DNA of 64,000 nucleotides from Phycisphaerales bacterium (GCA_020348265.1 CP070744.1:3197866-3261865), one strand, 5' to 3'; positions 18,976 to 29,375 are shown, counted from the stretch's first letter. Notes: generated by a model from the sequence alone, not told the origin. Numbers and translations: made by a program.

Positions 18976-21634
18976 TTTGCCACGCGTGCTCATCGTAGAT
19001 GACGACCCAGCAGCCCTGACTCTCCTTCGCGCCCACTTGACCAGCAGCGGCTACGAAACAGTGTCTGCCGGCAACGGCGTGGAGGCAATGCGCATACTTG
19101 CTTCCGAAGGCCCTTCGATGGTCCTCACTGACTGGCAGATGCCGGAGATGGACGGGCTCGAGCTGTGCCGACGAATCCGGGCGCATGAAGGCATCCCCTT
19201 TGCGTATGTAATCATCATTACGGCTCACTCCGATCAAGATCGGGTGGTGGAAGCCTTCAATGCGGGCGTCGATGATTACCTGCCCAAGCCCGTCAACAAA
19301 CGCGAGCTAATCGCCAGAGTGCGGGCAGGAATGCGAATCACCGAGCTGCAAGTCGACCTGGATCGGCGTAACCTGCAGGTCCATCGCTTTAACGCTGAGA
19401 TGGCGGTGGCCCAAACCAAGCTGCACGAAGCCAACGAGAGACTGTGCGAACTGGCCACGACCGACGAACTCACCGGTTTGATTAATCGCCGGGCCGCTAT
19501 GGAGCGACTCAAAGAACACTGGGCCTCCGCCCGCCGCCACGATGAACCGTTGGCGTGCATAATGCTCGACATCGACCACTTCAAGAACTTCAACGATACG
19601 TGCGGACATGCAGTGGGTGATTGGGTCCTTAAAGAGACCGCCGCGGTTCTGCGCAAAACCGCCCGAGCGGAAGAGCACATCTGCCGTATCGGGGGAGAGG
19701 AATTCCTCGTCCTCTGCCCGAAATCGACGGAGGAGATGGCCTCCATCGCTGCGGAGCGTATTCGACAAGCGGTCGAAGCCAACATCGTTGAAGCGCACGA
19801 ACAGGAGCTAAGCGTTACCATCAGCTTAGGAGTCGCCCAGCACACCACCCGCCAAGCCGGGCCGGATGAGCTGCTTCGTGCGGCCGACAACGCCCTGTAC
19901 GCAGCCAAGCACCAAGGGCGAAACCGGGTCTGCCGGGCCAGCCAATGTGAACACCATGATCCCATCAACAAGATCGGGCGAATGATGACCCGAGCGCCGG
20001 CGCCGCCACCCACCACGCCGGATCAGGATATCAGGGTGCTCATAGTCGACGGCAATATGGAGTTTCGTGGATCCTGCAGGCAACTCCTCGAACAGGCAGG
20101 GTATCGGGTTGCCGAGACTGACAACGCCGACGCTGCAATATCCGGAATCGAGGACAATCCTCCCGCGGTGGTCATTCTGGATTCCTCTATGCCGGCGACG
20201 CTCGGAATCGAGTGTGCCCGCAGGCTCAAGATGATCACCGGCTTCAAGAGCATCTCCATCATCGCGGCCACGCACACGTCCTCACTTGGTGAGACTGCCT
20301 CTGCGCTCGCATCCGGAGCAGACGACTGCATCGCCAGAGAGTCTCTCCACGCAGAACTCATCCCGCGGGTCCAGTGCGCGGTGCGCTCACGCAGGGACCG
20401 CTCCGACCTGGTTCGCAGCAACGAGGTGCGCGGGGAACTGAGCCGGATGATGGGACTCTTGACGGACTACGCATACGAGCTCGCCGCTGGAGAAAGCCTG
20501 GAGGATGTCCTTGAGAGAACCGTCAACGTAACGGCAGATCTGACGTTGAGCCGTCACGTTTCGATCATGCTGCCCGATGCCAGCCGTACGCACCTTTCTG
20601 TCGCCAAGGCGATTGGCATCGACGAGAGCCTGCTGGCGGAGATCCGGCTGCCGCTGGATCGAGGGATTGCCGGACCGGTATTTCGGACCGGGGAAGCGGT
20701 CATCGCAAACGCGACGAGTGATATTGGGCGACGCGAACACCCCTACGAATCGATGTTCTTCGTGAGCGTTCCGCTGATATCCAAGGCGCTCAGCGCTTCA
20801 GAGTATACTGTGGGGGTGTTGAACATTTCCGAGCGGCTCGGGGCAAGGCCGTTCGAACCGCATGATCTCGAACATATCGATCTTATCTGCAACATTGCCG
20901 CCGGGGCGATCCACGAACGCCTCACCCGGCTTGCACGCGACGAGGCCTGCGATTCCATCGTCTTTGCCTTGGCCACGCTGGCAGAATATCGGGACTCGAA
21001 TACGGGAAGACATCTACATCGTGTCTCGCGGTTCTGTCACCTGCTTGCGCGAGAACTTCGCCGGGTCATTCGCTATCGTAGCGTGATCACGGATCAGTTC
21101 CTCGACGATCTTCAGCGGGCCGTACCACTTCACGACGTCGGCAAAGTCGCCGTCCCCGACCAGATTCTCCTTAAACCCGGCAAGCTCACGCAAGAGGAAT
21201 GCGCCGTAGTAAAGATGCATACGACGGTAGGAGCCGAGACGATTCGCTCGGTAGTGGAAAGGGTTCCCGGCGCAGGTTTCCTGCTCATGGCCAAGGAGAT
21301 CGCTCACACGCACCATGAGCATTATGATGGAAACGGTTATCCGCTCGGGCTCCGCGGGGACGACATCCCACTGGCAGCTCGCATCGCCGCCGTCGCAGAT
21401 GTCTACGACGCAATGACCACCAAACATCCCTACAAGGAACCCATGACCCACGAACGCGCTGCACTCATCATCCTATCCGCCAGTGGATCGCAGTTTGACC
21501 CTGATGTTGTGCAGGCCTTTGATCGCTGCCAGGAGGAATTCAGGCAACTGGCCCATGACCTAACAGATGACGACGTCTCGGACACGGAAAAGCCAGAGTT
21601 GACTTGGCGCGAACCGGAACCGGCAAACGCATAG
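18962..21634 (+). CDS. REC-GGDEF-REC-GAF-HD-GYP hybrid c-di-GMP enzyme
   Basis: IVDDD/TDWQMP/KP receiver; DIDHFK..NDTCGH, RIGGEEF; second REC; GAF; LHDVGK, HHEHYDGNGYP, ADVYDAM; probable start at 18962. Confidence 0.9.
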   Translation: MSEADLPRVLIVDDDPAALTLLRAHLTSSGYETVSAGNGVEAMRILASEGPSMVLTDWQMPEMDGLELCRRIRAHEGIPFAYVIIITAHSDQDRVVEAFNAGVDDYLPKPVNKRELIARVRAGMRITELQVDLDRRNLQVHRFNAEMAVAQTKLHEANERLCELATTDELTGLINRRAAMERLKEHWASARRHDEPLACIMLDIDHFKNFNDTCGHAVGDWVLKETAAVLRKTARAEEHICRIGGEEFLVLCPKSTEEMASIAAERIRQAVEANIVEAHEQELSVTISLGVAQHTTRQAGPDELLRAADNALYAAKHQGRNRVCRASQCEHHDPINKIGRMMTRAPAPPPTTPDQDIRVLIVDGNMEFRGSCRQLLEQAGYRVAETDNADAAISGIEDNPPAVVILDSSMPATLGIECARRLKMITGFKSISIIAATHTSSLGETASALASGADDCIARESLHAELIPRVQCAVRSRRDRSDLVRSNEVRGELSRMMGLLTDYAYELAAGESLEDVLERTVNVTADLTLSRHVSIMLPDASRTHLSVAKAIGIDESLLAEIRLPLDRGIAGPVFRTGEAVIANATSDIGRREHPYESMFFVSVPLISKALSASEYTVGVLNISERLGARPFEPHDLEHIDLICNIAAGAIHERLTRLARDEACDSIVFALATLAEYRDSNTGRHLHRVSRFCHLLARELRRVIRYRSVITDQFLDDLQRAVPLHDVGKVAVPDQILLKPGKLTQEECAVVKMHTTVGAETIRSVVERVPGAGFLLMAKEIAHTHHEHYDGNGYPLGLRGDDIPLAARIAAVADVYDAMTTKHPYKEPMTHERAALIILSASGSQFDPDVVQAFDRCQEEFRQLAHDLTDDDVSDTEKPELTWREPEPANA

Positions 21635-21958
21635 AGCCCGATTCTCCAATCGCTGCACGGCAGACTCGGTCGATGCAGAGTACTCCTCCATTCAGAGCCC
21701 AATCCGCGCCGTTGCCTGCTGGTCATCTCCGCAGTAGACTTGGGTGTCCGTTGAGAAACGCGGGCTGCGCCAAGATGGTGTAGCGTCACCTCTGGTGGGC
21801 GACGTTTGAAGAGGGTTTTCGCCACCCACAAGGGGTGGCGCTGCATTTTTCAACGGACTGTTAGGCGTGCGGTCGATGTCAAAGCGGACTCGGTGTTTGC
21901 TCGGTATCGAAGCAGTTTTAGAGCCGCCTTACCTTCGACACCGCGGAGTCCAAGCTGA

Positions 21959-22828
21959 ATGAGAAACAGGAGACTGGGAGAAAGCAGGCGCGTCTTTGAC
22001 ACCGCAGCAGTCGTTCTGCTGGGAATTTGCATTATCGGCTGGGCAGGGTGCAGGACGCTGTCCAACTGGCGACTGATCGGCTGGAGCGCGGACTACGACT
22101 CCGCCGAGCGGAGGGTGCTGGAGACCGGCCGCGACATGCTTATTTGGTACACCGACCCCCTACCTGGCAAGTCGGATCCGCTGGATGAGGTGCTTCACGA
22201 ACCAGCGGTGAAGGATCTGACCAAACCCTACGTACGCTGCAAGCTCTCCAGGTCTTACGAGCCGGACAGGCGCTACGTGGCCCAGTTCGGTGTCGAGCGG
22301 GCGCCCGCGCTAATCGTGGTCCACACCGACGGGACTTATCATGCCCTGACAGGAATGATGTCGGTGGAGACGGTGCGCAGGGGACTGACCAAAGCGGTGG
22401 CACCGGGAGACGTTCCCACGTTCAATCATCTTATTCCTCGACAGGCCGAGTATCACTGGCACAGCAACATTGAGGTTGCCAGAGAGGCCTCCGCCTCTTC
22501 TGGCCGCCCAATCCTGGTTGTTTACTACAGGAGCCTGTCGCGCGATTGGCCAAGACTGGAGAGGCTACTCACTCGACGCGAGGTGTACAGGCGTCTTGCC
22601 GAAATGGTTCACTGCCGCATTAACACACTGAGACCGTGGTCTAAAGCTCAGATCACAGAATTCGGGGCGCTTAAACTTCCTGCGTTGGTCATCACTCGCA
22701 ACGATGGGAGCTATGAGACTCTGGAGATGCCGACGTCTTACGAAACCATCGTGCGGTTTGCCGATCGCTTCCGTCAGACAGAAGCTACGGCCAATGCCCG
22801 GGCGGGGGCGGACTCCGAACATCCTTGA
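21959..22828 (+). CDS. Exported tandem thioredoxin-like fold protein (no CxxC)
   Basis: Two W...Y..A......GRxMLI/ILVVY ... FG....P.LIV/LVI units. Confidence 0.6.
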   Translation: MRNRRLGESRRVFDTAAVVLLGICIIGWAGCRTLSNWRLIGWSADYDSAERRVLETGRDMLIWYTDPLPGKSDPLDEVLHEPAVKDLTKPYVRCKLSRSYEPDRRYVAQFGVERAPALIVVHTDGTYHALTGMMSVETVRRGLTKAVAPGDVPTFNHLIPRQAEYHWHSNIEVAREASASSGRPILVVYYRSLSRDWPRLERLLTRREVYRRLAEMVHCRINTLRPWSKAQITEFGALKLPALVITRNDGSYETLEMPTSYETIVRFADRFRQTEATANARAGADSEHP

Positions 22829-22911
22829 TGCAGGCGTACACGATGGTCCGTGTCGTTCGTCCAGGCAATCGCCAAACAGGAAGCGCTCTGAGCAGGAGTG
22901 GTGGGAGAGAG

Positions 22912-23430
22912 ATGAGATATCCACTTTTCGGAGCCATGCTGCTGACAGCATATGCAGGGGGCGTAGGTCCGTCCTGCCAGCACGCCGGGAGGTCCGCTGC
23001 GATGGATGAGTCACGACGTCACGATGATGATTTAAAAGCGATCCAGCAGCTGCACGAGGCTGATAAACGGGCCACGCTGGCATTGCATGTGGATGCCCTT
23101 CTCGACCTGTGGGCGGACGACGGGGTCATGCTTCGACCGGGATCTGCGCCAATCGTTGGGAAAGAGGCAATCAAGGAAGTGTTGAGAAGGTGGAACCCGG
23201 ATCCGGATCAGGTTGAGCCCCTCCGTGCCGACATCGACTTCCAAGACGTGAAGATCATTGGCGATTGGGCGATCGAGTACGGGACTTTTGACTCTGCCTG
23301 GCATGTCTCGGGTGAAGAGGCTCCGGTGACCTCGGTCGGCAACATCCTGCGGGTGCTGAAACGCCAGCCTGATGGTTCATGGAAGTGCGCCCGGGCAATC
23401 TGGAATACCAATGCAGATGCTCAACAATGA
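22912..23430 (+). CDS. NTF2/SnoaL-like (DUF4440/YybH) protein
   Basis: LWADDGVMLRPG...IVGKEAI, GDWAIEYG, LKRQPDGSWK; probable start MRYPL at 22912. Confidence 0.8.
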   Translation: MRYPLFGAMLLTAYAGGVGPSCQHAGRSAAMDESRRHDDDLKAIQQLHEADKRATLALHVDALLDLWADDGVMLRPGSAPIVGKEAIKEVLRRWNPDPDQVEPLRADIDFQDVKIIGDWAIEYGTFDSAWHVSGEEAPVTSVGNILRVLKRQPDGSWKCARAIWNTNADAQQ

Positions 23431-24095
23431 CGAACACAACTGACACAGCCGCCTACTACGCTCGCCGGGCAAGCGAGTACGAGCGTGTTTATGACAAGCC
23501 GGAGAGGCAGACGGACTTGCTTGCGATTCGCGCGATGGTCGCCGAGCGCTTGGCCGGGCATCGTGTCCTGGAAGTTGCTTGCGGTACCGGGTTTTGGACT
23601 GAGCCCATCAGCCGCACGGCCACCTCGATTCTGGCCACAGACATCAACGAAGAGGTGTTGAATTTAGCGCGGACAAAGCACTACCCCAACGAGAATGTGC
23701 GCTTCGCGAAAACCGACGCCCTTACACTGGAGGGCATCTCCGGGAGCTTTACCGCTGCCTTTGTCGGGTTCTTCTGGTCGCACATTCCGGTAGGTCGAAC
23801 CGGTGCGTTCCTTTCCGTATTGCACTCCAAGCTGCCCCCAGGGGCACTGCTGGTTGTGATTGACAACAACCACGTCGAGGGAAGCAACACACCCATCTCA
23901 CACACGGACGAGGATGGCAACACCTACCAGCGTCGTGTACTCGACGACGGCAGCACACACGAGATCATCAAAAACTTTCCCAGTGAGTCCGAGCTGCGCG
24001 AGGTCACGGATGAGTCCGCACACGATGTGCAGTACGCAGCTCTTCGCTACTACTGGTGTCTGACGTACCGCGCGAAGCCCACGCGCGACATCTGA
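23427..24095 (+). CDS. Class I SAM-dependent methyltransferase
   Basis: YYARRASEYERVY, VLEVACGTGFW, TDINEEVL, FFWSHIP; ATGA coupling at 23427. Confidence 0.9.
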   Translation: MTNTTDTAAYYARRASEYERVYDKPERQTDLLAIRAMVAERLAGHRVLEVACGTGFWTEPISRTATSILATDINEEVLNLARTKHYPNENVRFAKTDALTLEGISGSFTAAFVGFFWSHIPVGRTGAFLSVLHSKLPPGALLVVIDNNHVEGSNTPISHTDEDGNTYQRRVLDDGSTHEIIKNFPSESELREVTDESAHDVQYAALRYYWCLTYRAKPTRDI

Positions 24096-24099
24096 GCTT

Positions 24100-24257
24100 G
24101 CAGTGTTCCGTGACACTTCCTGTGATGGGTACGTTCGGGTGAAGGGTGCCATGCCCAAGCCCGACAAAGTCGGGCGCCGGCATGTTGACGCGGCAAATAC
24201 CTGGCCGCGCTTCGCTTGGCCATGCCACCCATCAGACTTCGTGTCATGAAGCACTAC
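24100..24257. mobile_element. MITE-like palindromic element, copy 2
   Basis: Same core as 13190-13330; imperfect TIRs 24100-24130 and 24226-24257; lies between convergent genes. Confidence 0.75.
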
Positions 24258-25039
24258 TTGGCGGCGCTATGTCTGGCGAATCGCAGGCCCGACCATGTCT
24301 CATCGATGGCGGCGATCTTATAGTCGACCAGACCCGCATCGAGACCGACCTTGCGAACCACGATTTGAGTCAGGTCGGAGGTCACCCCTGAAGTCTTCTT
24401 GGGCCAGACAATCCAGATAGACCCGCCCTCAGCCATTGTCCGCTGTGCCGCTGAAAGACGTCTATCCAACTCAGCACGGGATTTCACGAAGAGCATTATA
24501 AGGTTTGCGTGGCCGCAGGCTTGCTTCTTGATATGGATCTCTTTGACAACGTCGCCGAGCTTGCGCTCGAAACCTCGCGGTGCCCCGAGCAGGGCGACAA
24601 TGCCGCCCGCGCGGATGCCGAGCTTCTTAGCCAACGGCGTGGTCGAATAGACATCCATCGTTCCGGGTACGCGGGGGTTCTTCGGCGGATTGTCGATTGC
24701 GTTGCTCAGCGCAGCGCTGATTCGGGTCCACTGCGTGTACACTGCGTCAGGCATCTGCTCACGGACACGGGCCACCTTCTTCCGTTCCCCTCCAGCAAAG
24801 ACAATTGGGACGAAGCGTGTGCGTTTCTGTTGACGCAGCATAGTCGCAGCCGCCTGCCCATAAGATGGTGTGCGGTCCAAGTCTATAACGAACATGTCGG
24901 GGGGGTTCTCGCGTAAGGCCCGCAGACCCGCTGCGCCCTCACCCGCGGAAACATCAACCTCGTACCCCGCCCGGGCCAGTCTCTCCGCACATTCGTCGGC
25001 CTTGGTACGGCTCGCGTGAATAAGTAGAACTCGTTTCAT
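24254..25039 (-). CDS. Receiver-like domain fused to DUF3052-like domain
   Basis: N-terminal PPDMFVIDL / VPIVF; C-terminal PLAKKLGI, WIVWPKKTSGVTSDL, GLVDYKIAAIDETWSGLRF. Confidence 0.7.
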   Translation of the reverse strand: MKRVLLIHASRTKADECAERLARAGYEVDVSAGEGAAGLRALRENPPDMFVIDLDRTPSYGQAAATMLRQQKRTRFVPIVFAGGERKKVARVREQMPDAVYTQWTRISAALSNAIDNPPKNPRVPGTMDVYSTTPLAKKLGIRAGGIVALLGAPRGFERKLGDVVKEIHIKKQACGHANLIMLFVKSRAELDRRLSAAQRTMAEGGSIWIVWPKKTSGVTSDLTQIVVRKVGLDAGLVDYKIAAIDETWSGLRFARHSAAK

Positions 25040-25164
25040 AGCTGCACAATCCTACCTGTAACAGTCGCCGGAGACCAACTTGCAACCTTCTTGGATCAGT
25101 CAGAATGGGGCGTCTCGGTCTCGGGTGCGTTTGGGAAGCGCATCTTGATGTACGAGATTCCGGA

Positions 25165-25557
25165 TCACTCGGCGAAGACGGGTACGGGTTGCCTGTTCTC
25201 ATCGACGGCGACGAAGACCACCTCCGCCTCAGTGACCTTGGCCGCCTCGTCCGGGTTGGTGCGGCGATGGGCACAGACCCGCACTGATATCGTCAACGAT
25301 GTTCGACCGGCGCGGGTGGCGTTGGCGTAGAGGCTGAGAACATCACCGACGAATACCGGCTCATGGAATTCAACCTCGCGGAATGCAACCGTCACGTAGC
25401 GGGAGGATTTCTGTCTGAGGGCTTCAACGTAGGCGGCCTGGTCGATCAAGGACAGAATCACCCCGCCGAAAATCGCTCCTTGGGAATTGGTGTCGCGGGG
25501 CATCATGACAACACGGATTGCCGGCTCCGTCGTAGGTGGCTTCAAACTGAACGTCAT
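25165..25557 (-). CDS. Acyl-CoA thioesterase (HotDog fold, YciA-like)
   Basis: MPRDTNSQGAIFGGVILSLIDQAA, F.EPV.VGD, GRTSL, FVAVD; probable start at 25557. Confidence 0.92.
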   Translation of the reverse strand: MTFSLKPPTTEPAIRVVMMPRDTNSQGAIFGGVILSLIDQAAYVEALRQKSSRYVTVAFREVEFHEPVFVGDVLSLYANATRAGRTSLTISVRVCAHRRTNPDEAAKVTEAEVVFVAVDENRQPVPVFAE

Positions 25558-25707
25558 CTCAGGATCCTCTTCAGCAACGGGTAGAGGTCTATTCTCGTGA
25601 GGCAAGTCGACTCAAACAACCGGACACAGGCAACATCATCGCCACGCTACCTGCGTGCGAGCCCATCTGCACACGGAATCGTACCATACTCGGCTGAGGG
25701 GCCGGAG

Positions 25708-26496
25708 TCACGCGCAAGATCTCACCGTCACCAGGGTCGCTACGGCCAGGCACGCCAGTAGAAACAGAGGAAAGGCCACACTCAGTCGAGGGAGCTTAAA
25801 CCGGTAAAGCCTCCTGAGGTGCTTAAGATAGTCGATCTGCTGCCTGACATTGAGTTTGCTGGCGCCGGCCGTCCTCTTCTCGAACCGGATAGGCACCTCC
25901 ACAGGCCGGCGACATCGTCCTTTGACGTACAACTCCAGGGCGATCTTGAAGCCGACGGGGTCCAACGGAGCCGCCCCTTCCCAGGTGCGTCGCCCGACGG
26001 CAAAGAAGCCTGACATAGGATCGGAAAGCGGTGCGAGGGGCTTGGCAAGCGATGTCGCGACCCAGCTAACCACTCGCCTCATGAAAGGCCAGTCCCCTGC
26101 AATCCCCCCGCCGGCCCCATAGCGCGTACCGATCACGAAATCGCAGTCTTCCTGCTCGAGCGCCCACACGAAATCCGGAATCATCTCCGGGGGATGCTGC
26201 AAATCGGCATCCAGCACAACCACGCTGTCGTGGGAAGCTTCCTGCAGGCCCACTAGCACGGCGCTCGCCAGTCCGCGCTCCCCACGTCGGATAATAAGGC
26301 GGACGGGGTACTCTCCAGCGAGCGAGTTGACGATATCTTCAGTACCGTCCTGTGAATCGTCGTCGACGATGATCAGTTCCGCTTCGAGGCCCGCCTCGGA
26401 GATCGCCGCAAAGACGCGTCTGGTAAGCGGCTCTATGTTCGCTGCCTCGCGGAAGGTGGGCACGATTATTGATGCAGCTGGCGCGGCGGATGACAT
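25708..26496 (-). CDS. GT2 polyprenol-monophosphomannose synthase-like glycosyltransferase
   Basis: SIIVPTFREAANI, VDDDSQDGT, DADLQHPPE, SDPMSGFF, GFKIALEL; probable start MSSAAP at 26496. Confidence 0.9.
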   Translation of the reverse strand: MSSAAPAASIIVPTFREAANIEPLTRRVFAAISEAGLEAELIIVDDDSQDGTEDIVNSLAGEYPVRLIIRRGERGLASAVLVGLQEASHDSVVVLDADLQHPPEMIPDFVWALEQEDCDFVIGTRYGAGGGIAGDWPFMRRVVSWVATSLAKPLAPLSDPMSGFFAVGRRTWEGAAPLDPVGFKIALELYVKGRCRRPVEVPIRFEKRTAGASKLNVRQQIDYLKHLRRLYRFKLPRLSVAFPLFLLACLAVATLVTVRSCA

Positions 26497-26626
26497 ATAC
26501 AAGATCATACAGGCGAGTCGGCGGTCGGCAACGTATGATAGTCGTTTGACAGACTCCCTTTGGGTAGTTACATACGCAAGGGTTGGTGTTGGCTGATCCG
26601 AACACCGCAAGATACGGGTTTGTAGC

Positions 26627-27436
26627 ATGATAGCCGCGATCGGTGCCAAGACGTTCCACTCTCTGACGGCGTTCGGGCGGTTCGTCACGTTCGTTTGGCA
26701 GATGTTGCGCTGGTTGCTGCCCGGCATGTGCCAGCTACGAACCTGGATGCGAACGATGCCCGTGTTTTACGAGGTGGGCAATCGCACCCTCCCGGTGATC
26801 GTGATCACCGGTACGTTCGTCGGGTTGGTGCTCGCGGTGCAGAGCTACGATCAACTGCGCGCCGCGGGGTTTGAACAGCGCATGGGCGTGCTCCTCTCCA
26901 TCACACTGGTACAGGAGCTGGGGCCCGTGCTAGCAGGGGTGATGCTCGCCGGTCGCGTCGGAGGAGCCCTGACCGCTGAGTTGGGCACGATGACCGTCAC
27001 CGACCAAATCAGCGCCCTGCGGGTGATGGGTGCCGACCCCATCCGTCAACTTGTCGTTCCGCGGTTTTTGGCCTGCTTGTTACTGGCCCCGTTGCTGACG
27101 TTCTTCTGCGACGTGTTTGGTTCGCTGGCCGGATGGTTTGTGGCTGTTGTGCTCAAGCAGATCCCCTCGACGCCCTACTGGTTCTACATTGCCGACGCAA
27201 TAGAAACTTGGGATGTCATGGTCGGGTTCATAAAGAGCTTGGCCTTTGGCGGGTTGATAGGCACGATCGCATGTTATAAAGGATTCTCGTGTCGAGCCGG
27301 CGCAGCGGGTGTCGGGCGTGCCTGCACCGAGTCGTTCGTGGCCAGCTTTATCGTTATTCTGATAACGGACTTCTTCATCGGGACGTTTCTGTCGGGTGTA
27401 TATCGCGGTATTTACGGATTCAAATCGCTCCTTTAA
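26627..27436 (+). CDS. mlaE: MCE/Mla ABC transporter permease
   Basis: ELGPVL...AGRVGGALTAELGTM.VTDQISAL..MG.DP...LVVPR. Confidence 0.92.
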   Translation: MIAAIGAKTFHSLTAFGRFVTFVWQMLRWLLPGMCQLRTWMRTMPVFYEVGNRTLPVIVITGTFVGLVLAVQSYDQLRAAGFEQRMGVLLSITLVQELGPVLAGVMLAGRVGGALTAELGTMTVTDQISALRVMGADPIRQLVVPRFLACLLLAPLLTFFCDVFGSLAGWFVAVVLKQIPSTPYWFYIADAIETWDVMVGFIKSLAFGGLIGTIACYKGFSCRAGAAGVGRACTESFVASFIVILITDFFIGTFLSGVYRGIYGFKSLL

Positions 27437-27453
27437 CTGTAAACGGACTAATC

Positions 27454-28257
27454 GTGCCCGTACCTGACGGACAGTCAAACCATGAACCGCTCATAAAACT
27501 CATCGATATACACAAGCGGTTCGGTAGCCTGGTGGTTCTCGATGGGATAGACCTGACCCTCAGGACGGGTGAGACGACGGTAATCATAGGAGAATCCGGC
27601 TCAGGCAAGAGCGTGATTCTTAAACACATCGTCCGACTGCTACGACCGGACCGGGGCCAGGTCTTCTACCGGGACCAGCGCATCGATGACCTTCCCGAAC
27701 GAGTGCTTGCGGGCCTGCGGCCTCGATTCGGGTTCCTCTTTCAGCTCAGCGCCCTTTTTGACTCGATGAACGTCGAAGGGAACGTTGCATTCCCAGTCAT
27801 AGAGCATACCCGCCGCCGCCGTGCTGAGATAAAGGAGATAGTGCGAAGTAAACTGGCGATGGTTGGGCTGGATGGCCTCCAGTCCCAATGGCCTGCCGAG
27901 CTTTCCGGCGGACAGAAAAAGCGAGTAGCCCTTGCCCGGGCCATCGCTTTGGACCCGGAGTTGATTCTGTACGACGAGCCGACTACAGGCCTGGACCCCC
28001 CGCGCGCCGATGAAATAAACGAGCTGATCCGCAAGCTTCAAAACGAGCTTCAGGTTACCAGCGTGGTAGTAACGCATGACATGGCCAGCGCACGGAAGGT
28101 CGCTGATAGGATTATCATGCTATATCGAGGTAAATTCATCTACGATGGAACACCCCAATCGATCATGGAGACCGACGATCCGCGGGTGCGCAGTTTCGTG
28201 GACGGTCGATCTTCCGACGAGATCCTCGAGAGCTTGCAGGAAAAGGATACCGAATGA
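27454..28257 (+). CDS. mlaF: MCE/Mla ABC transporter ATPase
   Basis: GESGSGKS, FQLSALFDSMNV, ELSGGQKKRVALARA, YDEPTTGLDP; start approximate. Confidence 0.92.
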   Translation: MPVPDGQSNHEPLIKLIDIHKRFGSLVVLDGIDLTLRTGETTVIIGESGSGKSVILKHIVRLLRPDRGQVFYRDQRIDDLPERVLAGLRPRFGFLFQLSALFDSMNVEGNVAFPVIEHTRRRRAEIKEIVRSKLAMVGLDGLQSQWPAELSGGQKKRVALARAIALDPELILYDEPTTGLDPPRADEINELIRKLQNELQVTSVVVTHDMASARKVADRIIMLYRGKFIYDGTPQSIMETDDPRVRSFVDGRSSDEILESLQEKDTE

Positions 28258-29375
28258 AGGAAACGACACGTAACTTGCTGGTCGGCCTGTTCGTGGTCCT
28301 CTCGCTGGCTGCTCTGGCGGTTTTGATGGTATGGTTCGGCGAGACACCTTCCTGGCTGCGGACCAGCGAGTGGGATTTGCGGATCGCCGGCGTTCATGAG
28401 CTTGGTGGGATCGGTGAAGGAAGCCCGGTGAACCTCAGCGGGGTTGAGATTGGACGCGTCAAACACCTCGAATTCGTGGATAAGAAACGTCCCGATCGAG
28501 GTGTGGATATCATCGCCGGTATCCAAAGACAGTATTGCGTGCCAAGCGGTGCTACTGCGCGCGTCTATGGTGCCACACTTGGGTTCGGAACCGGGCGGGT
28601 GGAGATTATCGTGGAGCGCGGCTTGCGTGGCGAACCCTTGCCGCAGGACGGCACCGCGTCTTTGCGTGGAGAAATGAGGAGCGTCATCGGCGAACTCATC
28701 TCCAAGGATATGGTCGCCTCCCTCGAGCGCACCATAAACCATATCGGGAACCTCACCGCAGAATGGACTCCTGTGGGAACGAACCTCGCCCAGTTGTTGG
28801 AGCAGCGGAGTATAGCCGACATAAACACGCTTGGTGAACAAGGGCAGACTATCGTCCCCAACCTCTCGACGGCGATCGAGCGCGTCGACCGGCTGGCCGC
28901 AAACTTGAACACCCTCCTCGGTGACGAGCATGTCCAGGAGGACGTAAAAGCAGTGGTCAAAGACTTGCACGACACTTCCACGGAACTCAAGCAGCTGGTC
29001 CAGTTCTGGCGCGGCGAGACCCAGAAAATCACCGAGAATGTCAATACCGGCATCGACCGAACTGAGGAGAACCTCGAAGACTCTTTCGCGCAGCTTACCG
29101 AGATCCTCGAACAACTTGACGATACAGCCCGGAGCTTGGCCGTCGTGCTTCAGCACGTTGAGAACGGCGAGGGAACCGCCGGCCTACTGATACGCGATGA
29201 CCGGCTTTACGAAGCGGCGGTGCTGACCCTCGAGCGATCCGCGGACGTCCTGCTAAACCTGCAAATCATCACCGGGAAGATGAGAGATGACGGCTATATC
29301 ACGGTGGGCAAGGCACCCACTGGTCTGCTGAAGGCTCGCTTCCCGTTAGATGAAACGCAGAACAAGACAGACTGA
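28254..29375 (+). CDS. mlaD: MlaD/MCE family protein
   Basis: N-terminal TM, G.GEGSPV.LSGVEIGRV MCE motif, helical C-terminus, GTAGLLIRD..LY. Confidence 0.88.
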   Translation: MKETTRNLLVGLFVVLSLAALAVLMVWFGETPSWLRTSEWDLRIAGVHELGGIGEGSPVNLSGVEIGRVKHLEFVDKKRPDRGVDIIAGIQRQYCVPSGATARVYGATLGFGTGRVEIIVERGLRGEPLPQDGTASLRGEMRSVIGELISKDMVASLERTINHIGNLTAEWTPVGTNLAQLLEQRSIADINTLGEQGQTIVPNLSTAIERVDRLAANLNTLLGDEHVQEDVKAVVKDLHDTSTELKQLVQFWRGETQKITENVNTGIDRTEENLEDSFAQLTEILEQLDDTARSLAVVLQHVENGEGTAGLLIRDDRLYEAAVLTLERSADVLLNLQIITGKMRDDGYITVGKAPTGLLKARFPLDETQNKTD

